Shown here in pieces: positions 19,594 to 29,852 of a stretch of DNA of 64,000 bases (the stretch's first letter is position 1; each line of letters begins with the position of its first letter). The stretch lies in assembly GCA_047285805.1 (NCBI GenBank), contig JBJBCN010000003.1, forward strand, positions 288,001-352,000. Direction: 5' to 3'. This DNA comes from Synechococcus sp. (GTDB taxonomy: Bacteria; Cyanobacteriota; Cyanobacteriia; PCC-6307; Cyanobiaceae). The position numbers were made by a program, and so were the translations under genes. The notes beneath the pieces were generated by a model. That model did no database searches. It was not told where the DNA came from and worked only from the letters and a program-made list of their open reading frames with translations.

Positions 19594-20937
19594 ATGAACT
19601 GGAGGGCGCCGTGGCTAAAGGATCGATGGTTGCCGCTGATTCTAGTAGTCCTAGACGTGGTTATGATTCTTGTAGTACATGGAGCCGTCGCGAGGGCACG
19701 TACAGGTTATTGGTTGCTGCCTGGCAATGGTGCAGCCTATGCGACATGTACGTGGATATTTGTAAGCTACATTCTGGGGAGATACGATGATACCAGTAGA
19801 AACGATTACAAGAACCTAATAAGAGAGAGCGCAATACAGTCGACAAGCGCGACGGTATTTGTCTTCTTAGGGTTGGTAGTCCATTCGTGGTTATACCAAA
19901 TCGTAGATGCACAGACAAGGTTTAGGGGTTTTCTAGTTCCCACCTTAGCTGTGATTGGAATTGTGGGGATTTGCTCAAGACTGGGAATCCTAAGTGTCGG
20001 AAAGAAAGCCAAGGGATCTAGGTGGGTTGTGATCTGTTCGGAAAGAGAAAAGAGGGTGCTTTTGAATGGACTCCGTGAGTGGGAACGTTCAAAGTCGGAC
20101 TTTCATGACGTAGAGAGTTTTAAGTCGGAGATAATGCCTAACGCCAGGATGAATGTTGCCATAGGAGAGGATATTGGGCCGGGGGAGATTGGCTACTTCT
20201 ATCTAGCAAGGCTTAGGGCAAGCGGATACAAGGTAGTTCGACTTACTGACTGGTGCGAGATGGCGCTACAAAGGATACCTTCTGAGTTGATTGACGAGAA
20301 ATGGTTTCTGCTTAGTGAGGGATTCGCGATTCAGCCTGGACGTATCTGGTGGAGGGTTAAAAGGGTTGGGGATGTTGTTCTTAGCCTGATTTTAGCTGTG
20401 ATGACATTGCCATTAGTGGCGGTGGCATGTGCTGCAATATGGCTGGGCGACCAGGGTCCAATGTTCTATAGTCAAGTAAGGACTGGTATCTATGGAGCAA
20501 GGATAAAGATCTGGAAGCTAAGAAGCATGAAAGTTAACGCAGAGAAAGACGGTGCCAAGTGGGCCGTAAGAGATGACAAGAGAGTTACAAGAGTTGGAAA
20601 GATAATTAGAAAGACAAGGATAGATGAACTGCCACAACTGTGGAGTGTAGTCATTGGAGACTTAAGCTTGATAGGACCACGGCCAGAGAGGCCAGAGATT
20701 GAGAATAAGCTAGAGGAGTATATAGAGAATTACAGGACGAGAGAGTGGATTAGACCGGGATTGAGTGGATGGGCACAAGTTTCGTATCCATATGGAGCAA
20801 GCTTAAACGACACAAAGATGAAGTTATCATATGATTTATATTACCTCAAGAATGCGGGTCTATTGATGGACATTTTCATACTGCTAAAAACTATTAGGCT
20901 AGTAATACGGGCTGAAGGCAGCAACCCAAGTAACTAA
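19594..20937 (+). CDS. Initiating polyprenyl-phosphate sugar-1-phosphate transferase (WbaP/WcaJ-like)
   Basis: N-terminal TMs plus KLRSM, DKRVTRVGKIIRKTRIDELPQL, SLIGPRPERP, PGLSGWAQV, KLSYDLYY. Confidence 0.92.
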   Translation: MNWRAPWLKDRWLPLILVVLDVVMILVVHGAVARARTGYWLLPGNGAAYATCTWIFVSYILGRYDDTSRNDYKNLIRESAIQSTSATVFVFLGLVVHSWLYQIVDAQTRFRGFLVPTLAVIGIVGICSRLGILSVGKKAKGSRWVVICSEREKRVLLNGLREWERSKSDFHDVESFKSEIMPNARMNVAIGEDIGPGEIGYFYLARLRASGYKVVRLTDWCEMALQRIPSELIDEKWFLLSEGFAIQPGRIWWRVKRVGDVVLSLILAVMTLPLVAVACAAIWLGDQGPMFYSQVRTGIYGARIKIWKLRSMKVNAEKDGAKWAVRDDKRVTRVGKIIRKTRIDELPQLWSVVIGDLSLIGPRPERPEIENKLEEYIENYRTREWIRPGLSGWAQVSYPYGASLNDTKMKLSYDLYYLKNAGLLMDIFILLKTIRLVIRAEGSNPSN

Positions 20938-20954
20938 GAGACTGAGTACAGATA

Positions 20955-21878
20955 ATGATTCTTTGGATTGATAGCGAGAATGGTAGGAGAGGGGGCTCGG
21001 TATATTTAAAGAGGTGTCATGGACAGTTGCAGAAGAATGGACAAGAAAGCAAGTATCTAATGATCAAGAGTATGTCAGACAGACTCAGAGTAATAATGGC
21101 GTCGTGGTTAAGAGGGAATGAGGTAAGAGGAACACTGCCACGCGAGTTAGCAGTACTGTTTTTTTGCAGAAAAGCCAGCGGATACATACAGAGCCCGATA
21201 GAGGAATGGTCGTTACTGTCAAGAAAGGTGACAGGACTATTGCTTAGGTTTAGTGGAATGAGGTGTGCTTGTGTGTCGAGGACGACTCAGCAGTCAGCTG
21301 TAAAGTGTGGGGCAAAGAGAGTCTGTATAGAGTATGCCAGGATAGACGGTACAAGTGTAGAAGCAGGTCGGAATGAATGGACTACCGGTTCAAGTGAGAT
21401 TGTGTTTGTGGTCATGGATAATGGCCTAATTGACAAAGGCTATCTAAGGCATATGTCAATCATCGAAGAAATCGGGAATGAATACGAGGTACGTGTGGAA
21501 GCCTACGGAATGGAGACTGGACGCGTATATAAACAAATAGGCAAGAACCGGAACAATGGCTTCATAAGAGATCCATTTGAGCATGCAAGAGTGAACAATA
21601 GAGAGAAGTATATGTTTTACCTCGGGTGTTCAAGATACGAGGGTTTGCACATGGCTGTAGTGGAAGCAGCTGTTGCTGGTATACCAAGTATATTAAGCGA
21701 CATACCAGCACACAGAGAACTTGAGGAAATTGCCGGCAAGCCCCTTGCTATTGGCAGAGGTGTAAACGACAATATATGTATGATAAGGAAGTTAGTGAAG
21801 GGAGGGAGGTACGCGAGTGAAGTGGAAAAGTGCGAGAGTCTTGCAAGAAGGTTTAGCCTACTGAGCGGGTATGACTGA
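20955..21878 (+). CDS. Divergent GT4 glycosyltransferase
   Basis: SRYEGLHMAVVEAAVAGIPSILSDIPAHRE (E-x7-E motif). Confidence 0.7.
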   Translation: MILWIDSENGRRGGSVYLKRCHGQLQKNGQESKYLMIKSMSDRLRVIMASWLRGNEVRGTLPRELAVLFFCRKASGYIQSPIEEWSLLSRKVTGLLLRFSGMRCACVSRTTQQSAVKCGAKRVCIEYARIDGTSVEAGRNEWTTGSSEIVFVVMDNGLIDKGYLRHMSIIEEIGNEYEVRVEAYGMETGRVYKQIGKNRNNGFIRDPFEHARVNNREKYMFYLGCSRYEGLHMAVVEAAVAGIPSILSDIPAHRELEEIAGKPLAIGRGVNDNICMIRKLVKGGRYASEVEKCESLARRFSLLSGYD

Positions 21879-21886
21879 GACTATAT

Positions 21887-23380
21887 ATGGGTAATATGCA
21901 GGCGGGAATTGGTATCAGCAGCTGTTTGGTTGCGCTGACTACTACGTTGCTATTCAGTACTCTGATTCGCAGAAGAGAAAGTGCAAGTGGATTTACGGTT
22001 ATATCTCCAAGTGCTGTATTTATGGCTGGCATTTTAGCCAGGTTTGGCTTGGGGAGTCTAATAATAGGTCTTATGCCAGAGTCTTTAGTGCTTGATGGTG
22101 AATATAGGCAGTACATAGTGTCATGGATATACAGTGAGGATGTGTCGCGACTATGGATAGTTTATGTGCTGGCGGGAGGGTTGCTGTATTCAATATTGGA
22201 AATAGTAATGTACAGGAAGAGTATGGGTACAGAGTCTGCACAAAGAGAGTGCAGCGACGGTTGGTTCAGCTGGATCAGGAGAGTAAGATCTGGAACTGGG
22301 AATGAATGGAAAATAGTAAAGCTGGTGTCAGCAAGTTGCTTGGGTGTGTTTTTTGTGGGTACTTGTATAGCAGCAATCACAGGATCTATGGATAGGGGAG
22401 GGGGGTATGAGTTCTGGGCGAGTATGCCTTTCAGACCAGAAGCGCCTTTCATAGCCTTCGTAAGGCTTAAACAGATAGGCTATTTTCTACTACCTATAAC
22501 TTGGAAGCATTGCAGTAGAGCTCTCAGGATTCTTCTTGGAATTAGCGCTGCGTCTCCACTATTATTAGAGGCGATAGCAGGCGGAAGAGGAGCAGTATTA
22601 TATCCATTGGCAATGGTTTTCTTGGGTTATATGTGTGTGTGCCTAAGGCCAAAGAGATTATTGCTAAATGGTGCTTTGATCGCAATATTTTTTGGTGTAG
22701 CAGTTCCATATATGGCGGCTTATAGAGACAGCTCCAAGATAAGAGAAATAAGCCATGGGGACGTTGTCGGTAGATTAGGAGCACTACTAGTAGGTGTTGA
22801 CCGGGATAGGATTGGCTATAGATATATGGCTTTAGGAAGAGAGATATATGCTTGCAGTGATGGCTATATAGTTGAGGCCGCAAAGAATAGAAATGGTACT
22901 TCACTAAGAGCAGGCCTTGACGACATTAATCTGAAGACCATTGGGAGGATAATACTGCCTAGGTGGCTATCGAAAGATAAGTCGTATGAAAAGGGTGATG
23001 GTGCACAGATAGCTAAGCGCTTAATGGGTGTTGAAAACAAGAATTGGTACCCATGCATTACTAGCCCAGCAGACCTGTTTAGACGCGAGGGTTGGTTAGG
23101 GGTACTGGTAGGTGGGGGTTTGATGGGTGGTGTGATCTGGAGTTTAGAAGTTGTCTGGTTGAGAGTTGGTGTGATGGGGAGGAGTGTCCAGACACTGATA
23201 CTAACGGTGCTACCAGCAGCGTATATTCAGTCTGGCTTATATGGGACAGTAAAAGAGCTTTTATGGCAGTTGGCTTGGGATCTACCGAAGTACGTGTTAG
23301 CTATATGCGTTATAGGTTGGATCGCCAAGAGGGTAGAAGCAGTTGCAGCAAGACAGGGAAAGAGCAGAAGCAATGTCTAA
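21887..23380 (+). CDS. Wzy-like polysaccharide polymerase
   Basis: Many TM helices, GGRGAVL motif, large loop ending ITSPADLFRREGWLG. Confidence 0.6.
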   Translation: MGNMQAGIGISSCLVALTTTLLFSTLIRRRESASGFTVISPSAVFMAGILARFGLGSLIIGLMPESLVLDGEYRQYIVSWIYSEDVSRLWIVYVLAGGLLYSILEIVMYRKSMGTESAQRECSDGWFSWIRRVRSGTGNEWKIVKLVSASCLGVFFVGTCIAAITGSMDRGGGYEFWASMPFRPEAPFIAFVRLKQIGYFLLPITWKHCSRALRILLGISAASPLLLEAIAGGRGAVLYPLAMVFLGYMCVCLRPKRLLLNGALIAIFFGVAVPYMAAYRDSSKIREISHGDVVGRLGALLVGVDRDRIGYRYMALGREIYACSDGYIVEAAKNRNGTSLRAGLDDINLKTIGRIILPRWLSKDKSYEKGDGAQIAKRLMGVENKNWYPCITSPADLFRREGWLGVLVGGGLMGGVIWSLEVVWLRVGVMGRSVQTLILTVLPAAYIQSGLYGTVKELLWQLAWDLPKYVLAICVIGWIAKRVEAVAARQGKSRSNV

Positions 23381-24461
23381 ACATAAGTGGATTATAGTTT
23401 GCTCGTCGCCAAACGGCCGGGGCATTCATAACTTTGCGAGTTATTTAACTAACATAGTAAGGGGGAGGCTGGTCACTTGCAAGAGTAATACTCGATGGTT
23501 TGTTGCATGGGAGATGTTGGGAATAGTCCGATATGTTCGCATGATACGAATGGCTGATGAAACGGTTTTTGCAAACACGAGAGTTTCTCCGTTGTTATGG
23601 ACATTAATAGATTGGAAGAAGATCACAGTTGTAGTACATGACTTGATGGATACACGGGCAGAGAGATTGAATGATGATTGGAAGAATGGGATTCGCAAGA
23701 AGGTTGCAAGGAGGGTAAATTCCTGGATAATAGAGGTTTCAGTGAGGAAAGCGGGCAAAGTTATTTTTAATAGCCGTTATACAGAGACTCAAGTAAGTAG
23801 GTGGTTGAACGGTAAGATGGGTCGTGCATGTGTAATATACCCACCACCTTCCTTTGCTGGTATAGGAAGCGAGCTGACTATTGAAGAAGGATCAGAAGAA
23901 GTGGACAAAGGCAAGATAAAGATATTGGTGGTGACAGGCATGACGAAGAATAAGGTGTATGAGGAGTACAGGGTATTTCACGAAAGGCTTCAGGCTGAGA
24001 TTGGGAAGATAGTGTCTCTAGTTATCTATGGTGTACAACTTGAAAAGGCGGAGGTGGATTTCCAGAAGTGGGTAGTAGAGAGTAATGGCATTGTAAGCAT
24101 TAAGTATAAGAGAGATCTGCGGGAACTTTTAAGCGATTATCTCGAGTGCAATTTGGTATGCTCGTTATCGATAGAGGAAGGCTATGGGATGCCAGTAGCT
24201 GATGCAGTTGGATTCGGGATACCTGTGATTGCGAGGTCAATAGGTGCGTATAGAGAGGTTAAGCAGAAGTTTGACGAGTTCAACATGCTAAGATTGGGTA
24301 GAGATGTTGATGACTGTGTAGCGAAGGCTGCAAAGTTGTTGCAGGAGATGCCTAAGAAAGAAAGTAAGGAAGAGAGATTTACAAGGTATAGAAGGTTCTG
24401 CAGAGAGAGTGAGATAGATACATGGGAGAAACTCAGAAGGGAAAGGGGTGAATGCAGATGA
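23373..24461 (+). CDS. GT4 glycosyltransferase
   Basis: VHDL, FNSRYT, SIEEGYGMPVADAVGFGIPVI. Confidence 0.78.
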   Translation: MSKHKWIIVCSSPNGRGIHNFASYLTNIVRGRLVTCKSNTRWFVAWEMLGIVRYVRMIRMADETVFANTRVSPLLWTLIDWKKITVVVHDLMDTRAERLNDDWKNGIRKKVARRVNSWIIEVSVRKAGKVIFNSRYTETQVSRWLNGKMGRACVIYPPPSFAGIGSELTIEEGSEEVDKGKIKILVVTGMTKNKVYEEYRVFHERLQAEIGKIVSLVIYGVQLEKAEVDFQKWVVESNGIVSIKYKRDLRELLSDYLECNLVCSLSIEEGYGMPVADAVGFGIPVIARSIGAYREVKQKFDEFNMLRLGRDVDDCVAKAAKLLQEMPKKESKEERFTRYRRFCRESEIDTWEKLRRERGECR

Positions 24462-25660
24462 GAGTATTGATGGTGTGCCTAACAAATCCAAAGGATGGAA
24501 AGAAAGGTGACACAAAGCTTGTGAAGAAGAGGCGGGACGTATTAGAGACGATGGGCTGCATTGTCGATGTACTCTATTTTGAATGGAGCTTTTATAGATC
24601 TTCGATAGGTATCAAGAGAAGAGGTGCAGCTAGCAAGAGTGTGGACATTGTTGCGAGGTTGAACACCTGGAGAATGCTCTGTTGGTTATTGAGAGCTGAT
24701 CTATTTGCAAGAAAGGAGCCGGTTCAGACTTGGGTATCGTTTGGCATCGCAGATTTGCACAGAAAGGATCTAGTACATATTTTTTCTTCTTATACGTGTA
24801 TACACTTTTTTCATATAAGGAGTATAGGATTATGGAAGTTGGTGTCAAAGAACAGTAGAGTAGTTGTAGACCTAATTGACTCCTACACACTAAACATAGG
24901 GAATCGATTGAAGACAGAAGACAGCTGGTGGAGAGGACTGATTTTGAGAGAGGAGTATAGGAGGATAAGGAGGATGGAGACCAATATTGAGAGGTATATA
25001 CTAAATAGCCGCAAGTCAGCGATTACGGCAGTTGCAGAAGCCGATTTAAGTTTTATCGGTGCGTGCTCTACAAAGAAAGTAGTTGTACCTGTAGGGATCA
25101 ACAGGGAAGTGCTCGGCGAGATGCGTAGACAAGAAGGGAATCTGAAGTGCGTATTCTTTGGAAACCTAGACTACGAACCAAATATAAAGGCCTGTAATAT
25201 CTTACTAGAGGTGGCTAGCTTGTTGAGAAAAAGAGGTATGTATAGCAAGATAGACATAACGATTGCTGGAAGGAATGTGGGCAATAGGTTACGGAAGAAA
25301 CTAGAACGGGAGGGTATACAGGTAAAGTCACCTGTTAAAGATATGTTTAAGCTTGTACACGCTTACGATCTAGCAATAATGCCGATGGTAAGCGGAAGTG
25401 GAATGCAGTCTAAGGTATTAGAAGCAATTGCATGGGGTGTTGTAGTTATGACAACAAGAAGAGCTGCAGGGCCAGTGGGGCTATCCAAGAGTAGTGAATA
25501 TATCGAGATAGAATCAGCTGAAGATATTGTTGTTAAGCTAAGCGATATTATGAATGGCGAATATAGGGTAGAGGAAATGAGGAGAAAGGCTCATTCAAAG
25601 ATAGGAAGGTTCGAGTGGGTAGACACATGCAGGGTTCTGGTAGGTTTATACAAGGGGTAG
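24458..25660 (+). CDS. GT4 glycosyltransferase
   Basis: FFGNLDYEPN, PMVSGSGMQSKVLEAIAWG. Confidence 0.8.
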   Translation: MRVLMVCLTNPKDGKKGDTKLVKKRRDVLETMGCIVDVLYFEWSFYRSSIGIKRRGAASKSVDIVARLNTWRMLCWLLRADLFARKEPVQTWVSFGIADLHRKDLVHIFSSYTCIHFFHIRSIGLWKLVSKNSRVVVDLIDSYTLNIGNRLKTEDSWWRGLILREEYRRIRRMETNIERYILNSRKSAITAVAEADLSFIGACSTKKVVVPVGINREVLGEMRRQEGNLKCVFFGNLDYEPNIKACNILLEVASLLRKRGMYSKIDITIAGRNVGNRLRKKLEREGIQVKSPVKDMFKLVHAYDLAIMPMVSGSGMQSKVLEAIAWGVVVMTTRRAAGPVGLSKSSEYIEIESAEDIVVKLSDIMNGEYRVEEMRRKAHSKIGRFEWVDTCRVLVGLYKG

Positions 25661-25710
25661 GTTGCGGGTCACTGTTGTTGTAAGATGGCTAGTGAGATAA
25701 GGAATGGACA

Positions 25711-26775
25711 GTGGAGTATTTAGAACATTACAAAGGAAAAAGGGTCTTGGTGACAGGACACACAGGATTTAAAGGTTCGTGGCTAACAATATGGCTAAAA
25801 ATGCTGGGTGCTCATGTATATGGTTACGCATTACCGGCTGTAAGTAGGACATTATATAGTGATGCATCAATAGCGAGCATAGTAGAGAGAGAGAGATTGA
25901 CCGATATCGGGTTTGATCAAGATCTGGAAGGGTTTATAAGTAGTGCAAGGCCAGATATAGTTTTCCATTTAGCTGCAGAGGCAATTGTAGGTAGGGCTCA
26001 CAAGGATCCTGTAAATGCGTGGCAGACGAACGTGATGGGAACATTAAAGCTTTTGAATGTGCTGAAGTCGCTGAATAGTAATTGTCGCCTAGTTGTGATA
26101 ACAAGTGATAAGTGCTATGAGAACAATGAATGGATTTGGGGGTATAGGGAGAACGATGTGCTTGGGGGAAAAGATATGTACAGTGCGTCAAAGGCGGCGG
26201 TAGAGATCCTAGTAAGTGCATTCAATAGGTCTTATCTAGAGGACGAGGGAGGTAGAATGTTAGTGGCTACAGCAAGAGCAGGTAACGTAATAGGTGGTGG
26301 TGACTGGTCAGACTACAGACTCGTCCCAGATTGCATACGGAGCTGGGAGAGTGGGAACTCTGTAGTGTTGAGAAATCCAAATTCGACCAGGCCGTGGCAA
26401 CATGTGTTAGAACCCCTGCGGGGATATTTGAAGTTGGCATATACGCTGTCTATCGACGGGAAGATACATGGCCAAGCCTTTAACTTTGGCCCAGATGCTT
26501 CTGACACGAAGAAGGTTGGTGAACTAGTTAAGGAGCTCAGTCGGTACTGGAAAGATGTGACGTGGGCTTATGCATCGGATAAAGAAGAGTTCAGTGAATG
26601 CTCATTGTTATCCTTAAATTGCGATAAGGCAGGGTCGAAACTAAAGTGGAGGCCGTCACTTAGATTTGAGGAGACAGCAGCTATGACAGCCGAATGGTAC
26701 TTTGAGAATAGCAAGGGGAGTAGCGCCCATGAGCTATGCAGGAGACAGATCTTGTCGTATCAAGAGATAGGATAA
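25711..26775 (+). CDS. rfbG: CDP-glucose 4,6-dehydratase
   Basis: VTGHTGFKGSWL, TSDKCYEN, YSASKA, RAGNVIGGGDW, RPWQHVLEPL. Confidence 0.95.
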   Translation: MEYLEHYKGKRVLVTGHTGFKGSWLTIWLKMLGAHVYGYALPAVSRTLYSDASIASIVERERLTDIGFDQDLEGFISSARPDIVFHLAAEAIVGRAHKDPVNAWQTNVMGTLKLLNVLKSLNSNCRLVVITSDKCYENNEWIWGYRENDVLGGKDMYSASKAAVEILVSAFNRSYLEDEGGRMLVATARAGNVIGGGDWSDYRLVPDCIRSWESGNSVVLRNPNSTRPWQHVLEPLRGYLKLAYTLSIDGKIHGQAFNFGPDASDTKKVGELVKELSRYWKDVTWAYASDKEEFSECSLLSLNCDKAGSKLKWRPSLRFEETAAMTAEWYFENSKGSSAHELCRRQILSYQEIG

Positions 26776-26779
26776 GCAT

Positions 26780-27226
26780 ATGATTCTATCAAGACTGGAT
26801 GTGATTAGTGGCCGCGGAAGCTCAGTTGTGAAGTTCCTAAAGGATTCGGATGATGACTATAGAGGGTTTGGTGAGATGTACTTTTCAAAAGTAAGCAGTG
26901 GAGTAGATAGAGGCTGGAAGATACATTCAAAGGCGACGTGCAATATAATGGTCCCTTACGGTAGAGTTCTATTTTGTGTGGCTCAGTATAACATTTCTAG
27001 TTGGCGCTTCGTAGAATTAGGACAAGAACCTGCAGAAAGACTGACAATAGAACCCATGAGTTGGTATAGGTTTCTCAATATAGAGAGTCATGATTCCATA
27101 ATAGCCAATGTGATAGATATTAAACATTCAGATGAGCAGGTGGATGGAGGGCAGGCCGAGTTGATGCTAAACAAGCCAAAGGCTGAGGTAGAATGGGATA
27201 AGAGGACTGTCAGGTTTCCCTTGTGA
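26780..27226 (+). CDS. RmlC-like cupin NDP-4-keto-6-deoxyhexose epimerase
   Basis: GFGEMYFS, RGWKIH, NIMVPYGRVLF, RLTIEP; lies between rfbG and rfbF. Confidence 0.7.
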   Translation: MILSRLDVISGRGSSVVKFLKDSDDDYRGFGEMYFSKVSSGVDRGWKIHSKATCNIMVPYGRVLFCVAQYNISSWRFVELGQEPAERLTIEPMSWYRFLNIESHDSIIANVIDIKHSDEQVDGGQAELMLNKPKAEVEWDKRTVRFPL

Positions 27227-27996
27227 TGGAAGTAGTAATATTAGCTGGTGGTCTGGGAACGAGGCTGTCAGAATACACAGATAAGATACCAAAGCCAATG
27301 GTTCCAATTGGTGGCAAGCCGATCTTGTGGCATATTATGCAGAGATATGCTCAGTACGGGTACAAGAACTTTGTTATTGCCCTCGGGTATAAAGGTGACT
27401 TAATAAAGGAATATTTTCTTAGGTTTTCACAGATTAACAGTGACTTTACTGTCGACCTCAAAGATGGCAGTGTCGAGTTGCTGAGCAGATCTACTGCAGA
27501 CTGGAAGGTTACTTTGGTGGATACTGGAGAAAATACAGCAACAGGGGGAAGGTTAAAGAAGATTGGCAAGCACATTAGTGGAAGCAGATTTATGCTGACA
27601 TATGGTGATGGTTTATCAGATGTAGATATCGACAGATTAGTCGAGTTTCACGAGAGAAGCAGACGTCTGGCTACGGTAACTGCTGTAAGACCACCGACTC
27701 GATTTGGCGAGATTTCAATAACTGAAGATATAGTGACAAGGTTTGCTGAGAAACCTCAGATGGATGGGGGATGGATCAGCGGTGGATATTTCGTACTAGA
27801 CAAGAAGGTGTTAGATTTAATTGAGTCAGAAGATGAGATGTTTGAAAGAAGGGCCTTGGAGATGCTTGCCATTCAGAGAGAACTAGGTGCCTACAGACAT
27901 GAAGGTTACTGGCAATGCATGGACACCAAAAGAGATCTAAATACCCTGGAGGAGATATGGAACAAAGAATCAAAGGCTCCATGGATCTCAACGTAG
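27226..27996 (+). CDS. rfbF: Glucose-1-phosphate cytidylyltransferase
   Basis: ILAGGLGTRLSE, PKPMVPIGGKPILWHIM, TYGDG, GYWQCMDT. Confidence 0.95.
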   Translation: MEVVILAGGLGTRLSEYTDKIPKPMVPIGGKPILWHIMQRYAQYGYKNFVIALGYKGDLIKEYFLRFSQINSDFTVDLKDGSVELLSRSTADWKVTLVDTGENTATGGRLKKIGKHISGSRFMLTYGDGLSDVDIDRLVEFHERSRRLATVTAVRPPTRFGEISITEDIVTRFAEKPQMDGGWISGGYFVLDKKVLDLIESEDEMFERRALEMLAIQRELGAYRHEGYWQCMDTKRDLNTLEEIWNKESKAPWIST

Positions 27997-28002
27997 ATAA
28001 GG

Positions 28003-28938
28003 ATGACAGTAGCAATAATTGGGCCAAATAGCTATATAGCCCTTAGATTCAGAAATAGTTTTGAGGAGCTGGGACACAACTGTCTTCTAATAAGTCTTAG
28101 AAACAAGATAGAGTCAAGTTATTTTGATGGGGATCAGGTATTATTCGCCGAAGATTTGACAGAGACAAGGGTTCAGAGTTTGTGCATTTCCTGTGTTGTA
28201 ATATGTGCATCTCTGACAGCTAGTGAGTGTGAAGCATGCCCAGAGAAGGCAAAGCTTGTAAATACACAGCTAGTTTGCGAACATGTGGATCTGCTGGCGA
28301 AGGCTGGTGTCAAGAGGTTCCTATACCTGTCAACAATCAAGGTGTATGGTGAGGAGTTGTGCGGCAATATAACAGAGAAAACTGATATATGTCCTTCGAC
28401 AGTGTACGCGAGGACACACTATACGACTGAACAAAGGATTAGGGAGCTTGGAAAGGAGAAGAAGTTGGAAGTTTTGACACTGAGACTGTCAAATGTATTT
28501 GGATCACCGTTGTGGGCAAATTCATCAGCATGGACACTTGCAACAAACAGCTTTGCAAAGCAAATGGCTACGCAGGGGAAGATATGCGTAAAGAGTCCGA
28601 CAGTAATACGTAATATCCTACCAATGAGCAGGCTGACGGAGTTTATAAAGATGTGGGTATTAGGAGAGATGGATACACGGGGTATCAAGATCCTAAATAT
28701 TGGTAGCAGTTTTTCGCTACCTATGGGAGAGATTGCTGGGATTGTTCAGAGGGTATATGAAGGGATGTGTGAGATAGATCCTGGATACGTCTTTGATGAC
28801 GTTAGCGAATACAAGCTGCATTACTCAGTAGCAAAGATGCTTGGGTGCATGAAGAGCCAGGGAGATAGTGATGGCGAAGTAGTTCTAAACGAGTTGAAAG
28901 AGCTATGCGCAAGAAGCAAGAGCATATTTGGAAGATAG
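28003..28938 (+). CDS. NAD-dependent epimerase/reductase (extended SDR)
   Basis: Degenerate IIGPNSYIA, YLSTIKVYG, YARTH, LRLSNVFG. Confidence 0.78.
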   Translation: MTVAIIGPNSYIALRFRNSFEELGHNCLLISLRNKIESSYFDGDQVLFAEDLTETRVQSLCISCVVICASLTASECEACPEKAKLVNTQLVCEHVDLLAKAGVKRFLYLSTIKVYGEELCGNITEKTDICPSTVYARTHYTTEQRIRELGKEKKLEVLTLRLSNVFGSPLWANSSAWTLATNSFAKQMATQGKICVKSPTVIRNILPMSRLTEFIKMWVLGEMDTRGIKILNIGSSFSLPMGEIAGIVQRVYEGMCEIDPGYVFDDVSEYKLHYSVAKMLGCMKSQGDSDGEVVLNELKELCARSKSIFGR

Positions 28939-28939
28939 A

Positions 28940-29845
28940 ATGAAGAAAGTATCAGTAGTTATTCCCACATATAATCGGGCATATTGCTTGAGACGGACAA
29001 TCCAGTCCGTTGTTGATCAGACTTACCATAATTGGGAGTTGTTGGTTGTGGACAACACGTCTAGAGATAATACTAGAGACGTTGTGGAGAGATTTGAAGA
29101 TGACCGTATCAAGTTTCTGCAAGTTAAAAACAATGGTGTTATTGGAAAGTCCAGAAACTATGGTATTCAAGTTGCAAGTGGTGAACTGATTGCCTTCCTT
29201 GATTCAGACGACTCATGGCTGCCAGAAAAACTGGAAAGATCAGTAAGTGCCTTAGAAGGAGGTTGCAGATTTGTGCACCATGACTTATATATCTCCAATG
29301 GTATAGAGATGGAGAAGGCTCGTATAACTAATATCGCGCGAAGACTTACAAACCCGGTGGTAGAGGATTTAATAAGGGGAGGGAATGCGGTATGTACATC
29401 GAGCGTTGTTGTAGAAGCAGAATTGATCAGAGATGTGGATGGTTTTTCAGAAGATCCAGAACTGGTAGGTATCGAAGACTATGATTTATGGGTAAGGGTG
29501 GCGGAGAGGAGTGAAGGGTTTGCATTTGTTGAAGAACCACTTGGTTTCTATACTATAGATGGAAATGGTACGCTTAATGTAGAATTAGCCATGCGGGGGC
29601 TAAAGGGGGTGGCTAGAGTTCACTCGCACCTGCATAAAGCCATTTGTGATGGAACACCGGGATGGATTCTTATCCCTCTGGCAAAGAATTCATTAAGAAG
29701 GAATCCAATAGATTCAGTAAGATATGCACTTAGGGCTCTGAAAAGAGAAGAGGGTCTTAGCATTAGATTGAAGTCGCTGGTCTTGTTGATTGGAGGAATA
29801 TTTAGCCTGGTCGCCAGTTTTAGCTGGAATAAGCTTGTAAGGTGA
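28940..29845 (+). CDS. GT2 glycosyltransferase
   Basis: VSVVIPTYNR, AFLDSDD, EDYDLW. Confidence 0.9.
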   Translation: MKKVSVVIPTYNRAYCLRRTIQSVVDQTYHNWELLVVDNTSRDNTRDVVERFEDDRIKFLQVKNNGVIGKSRNYGIQVASGELIAFLDSDDSWLPEKLERSVSALEGGCRFVHHDLYISNGIEMEKARITNIARRLTNPVVEDLIRGGNAVCTSSVVVEAELIRDVDGFSEDPELVGIEDYDLWVRVAERSEGFAFVEEPLGFYTIDGNGTLNVELAMRGLKGVARVHSHLHKAICDGTPGWILIPLAKNSLRRNPIDSVRYALRALKREEGLSIRLKSLVLLIGGIFSLVASFSWNKLVR

Positions 29846-29852
29846 AGTAGAT

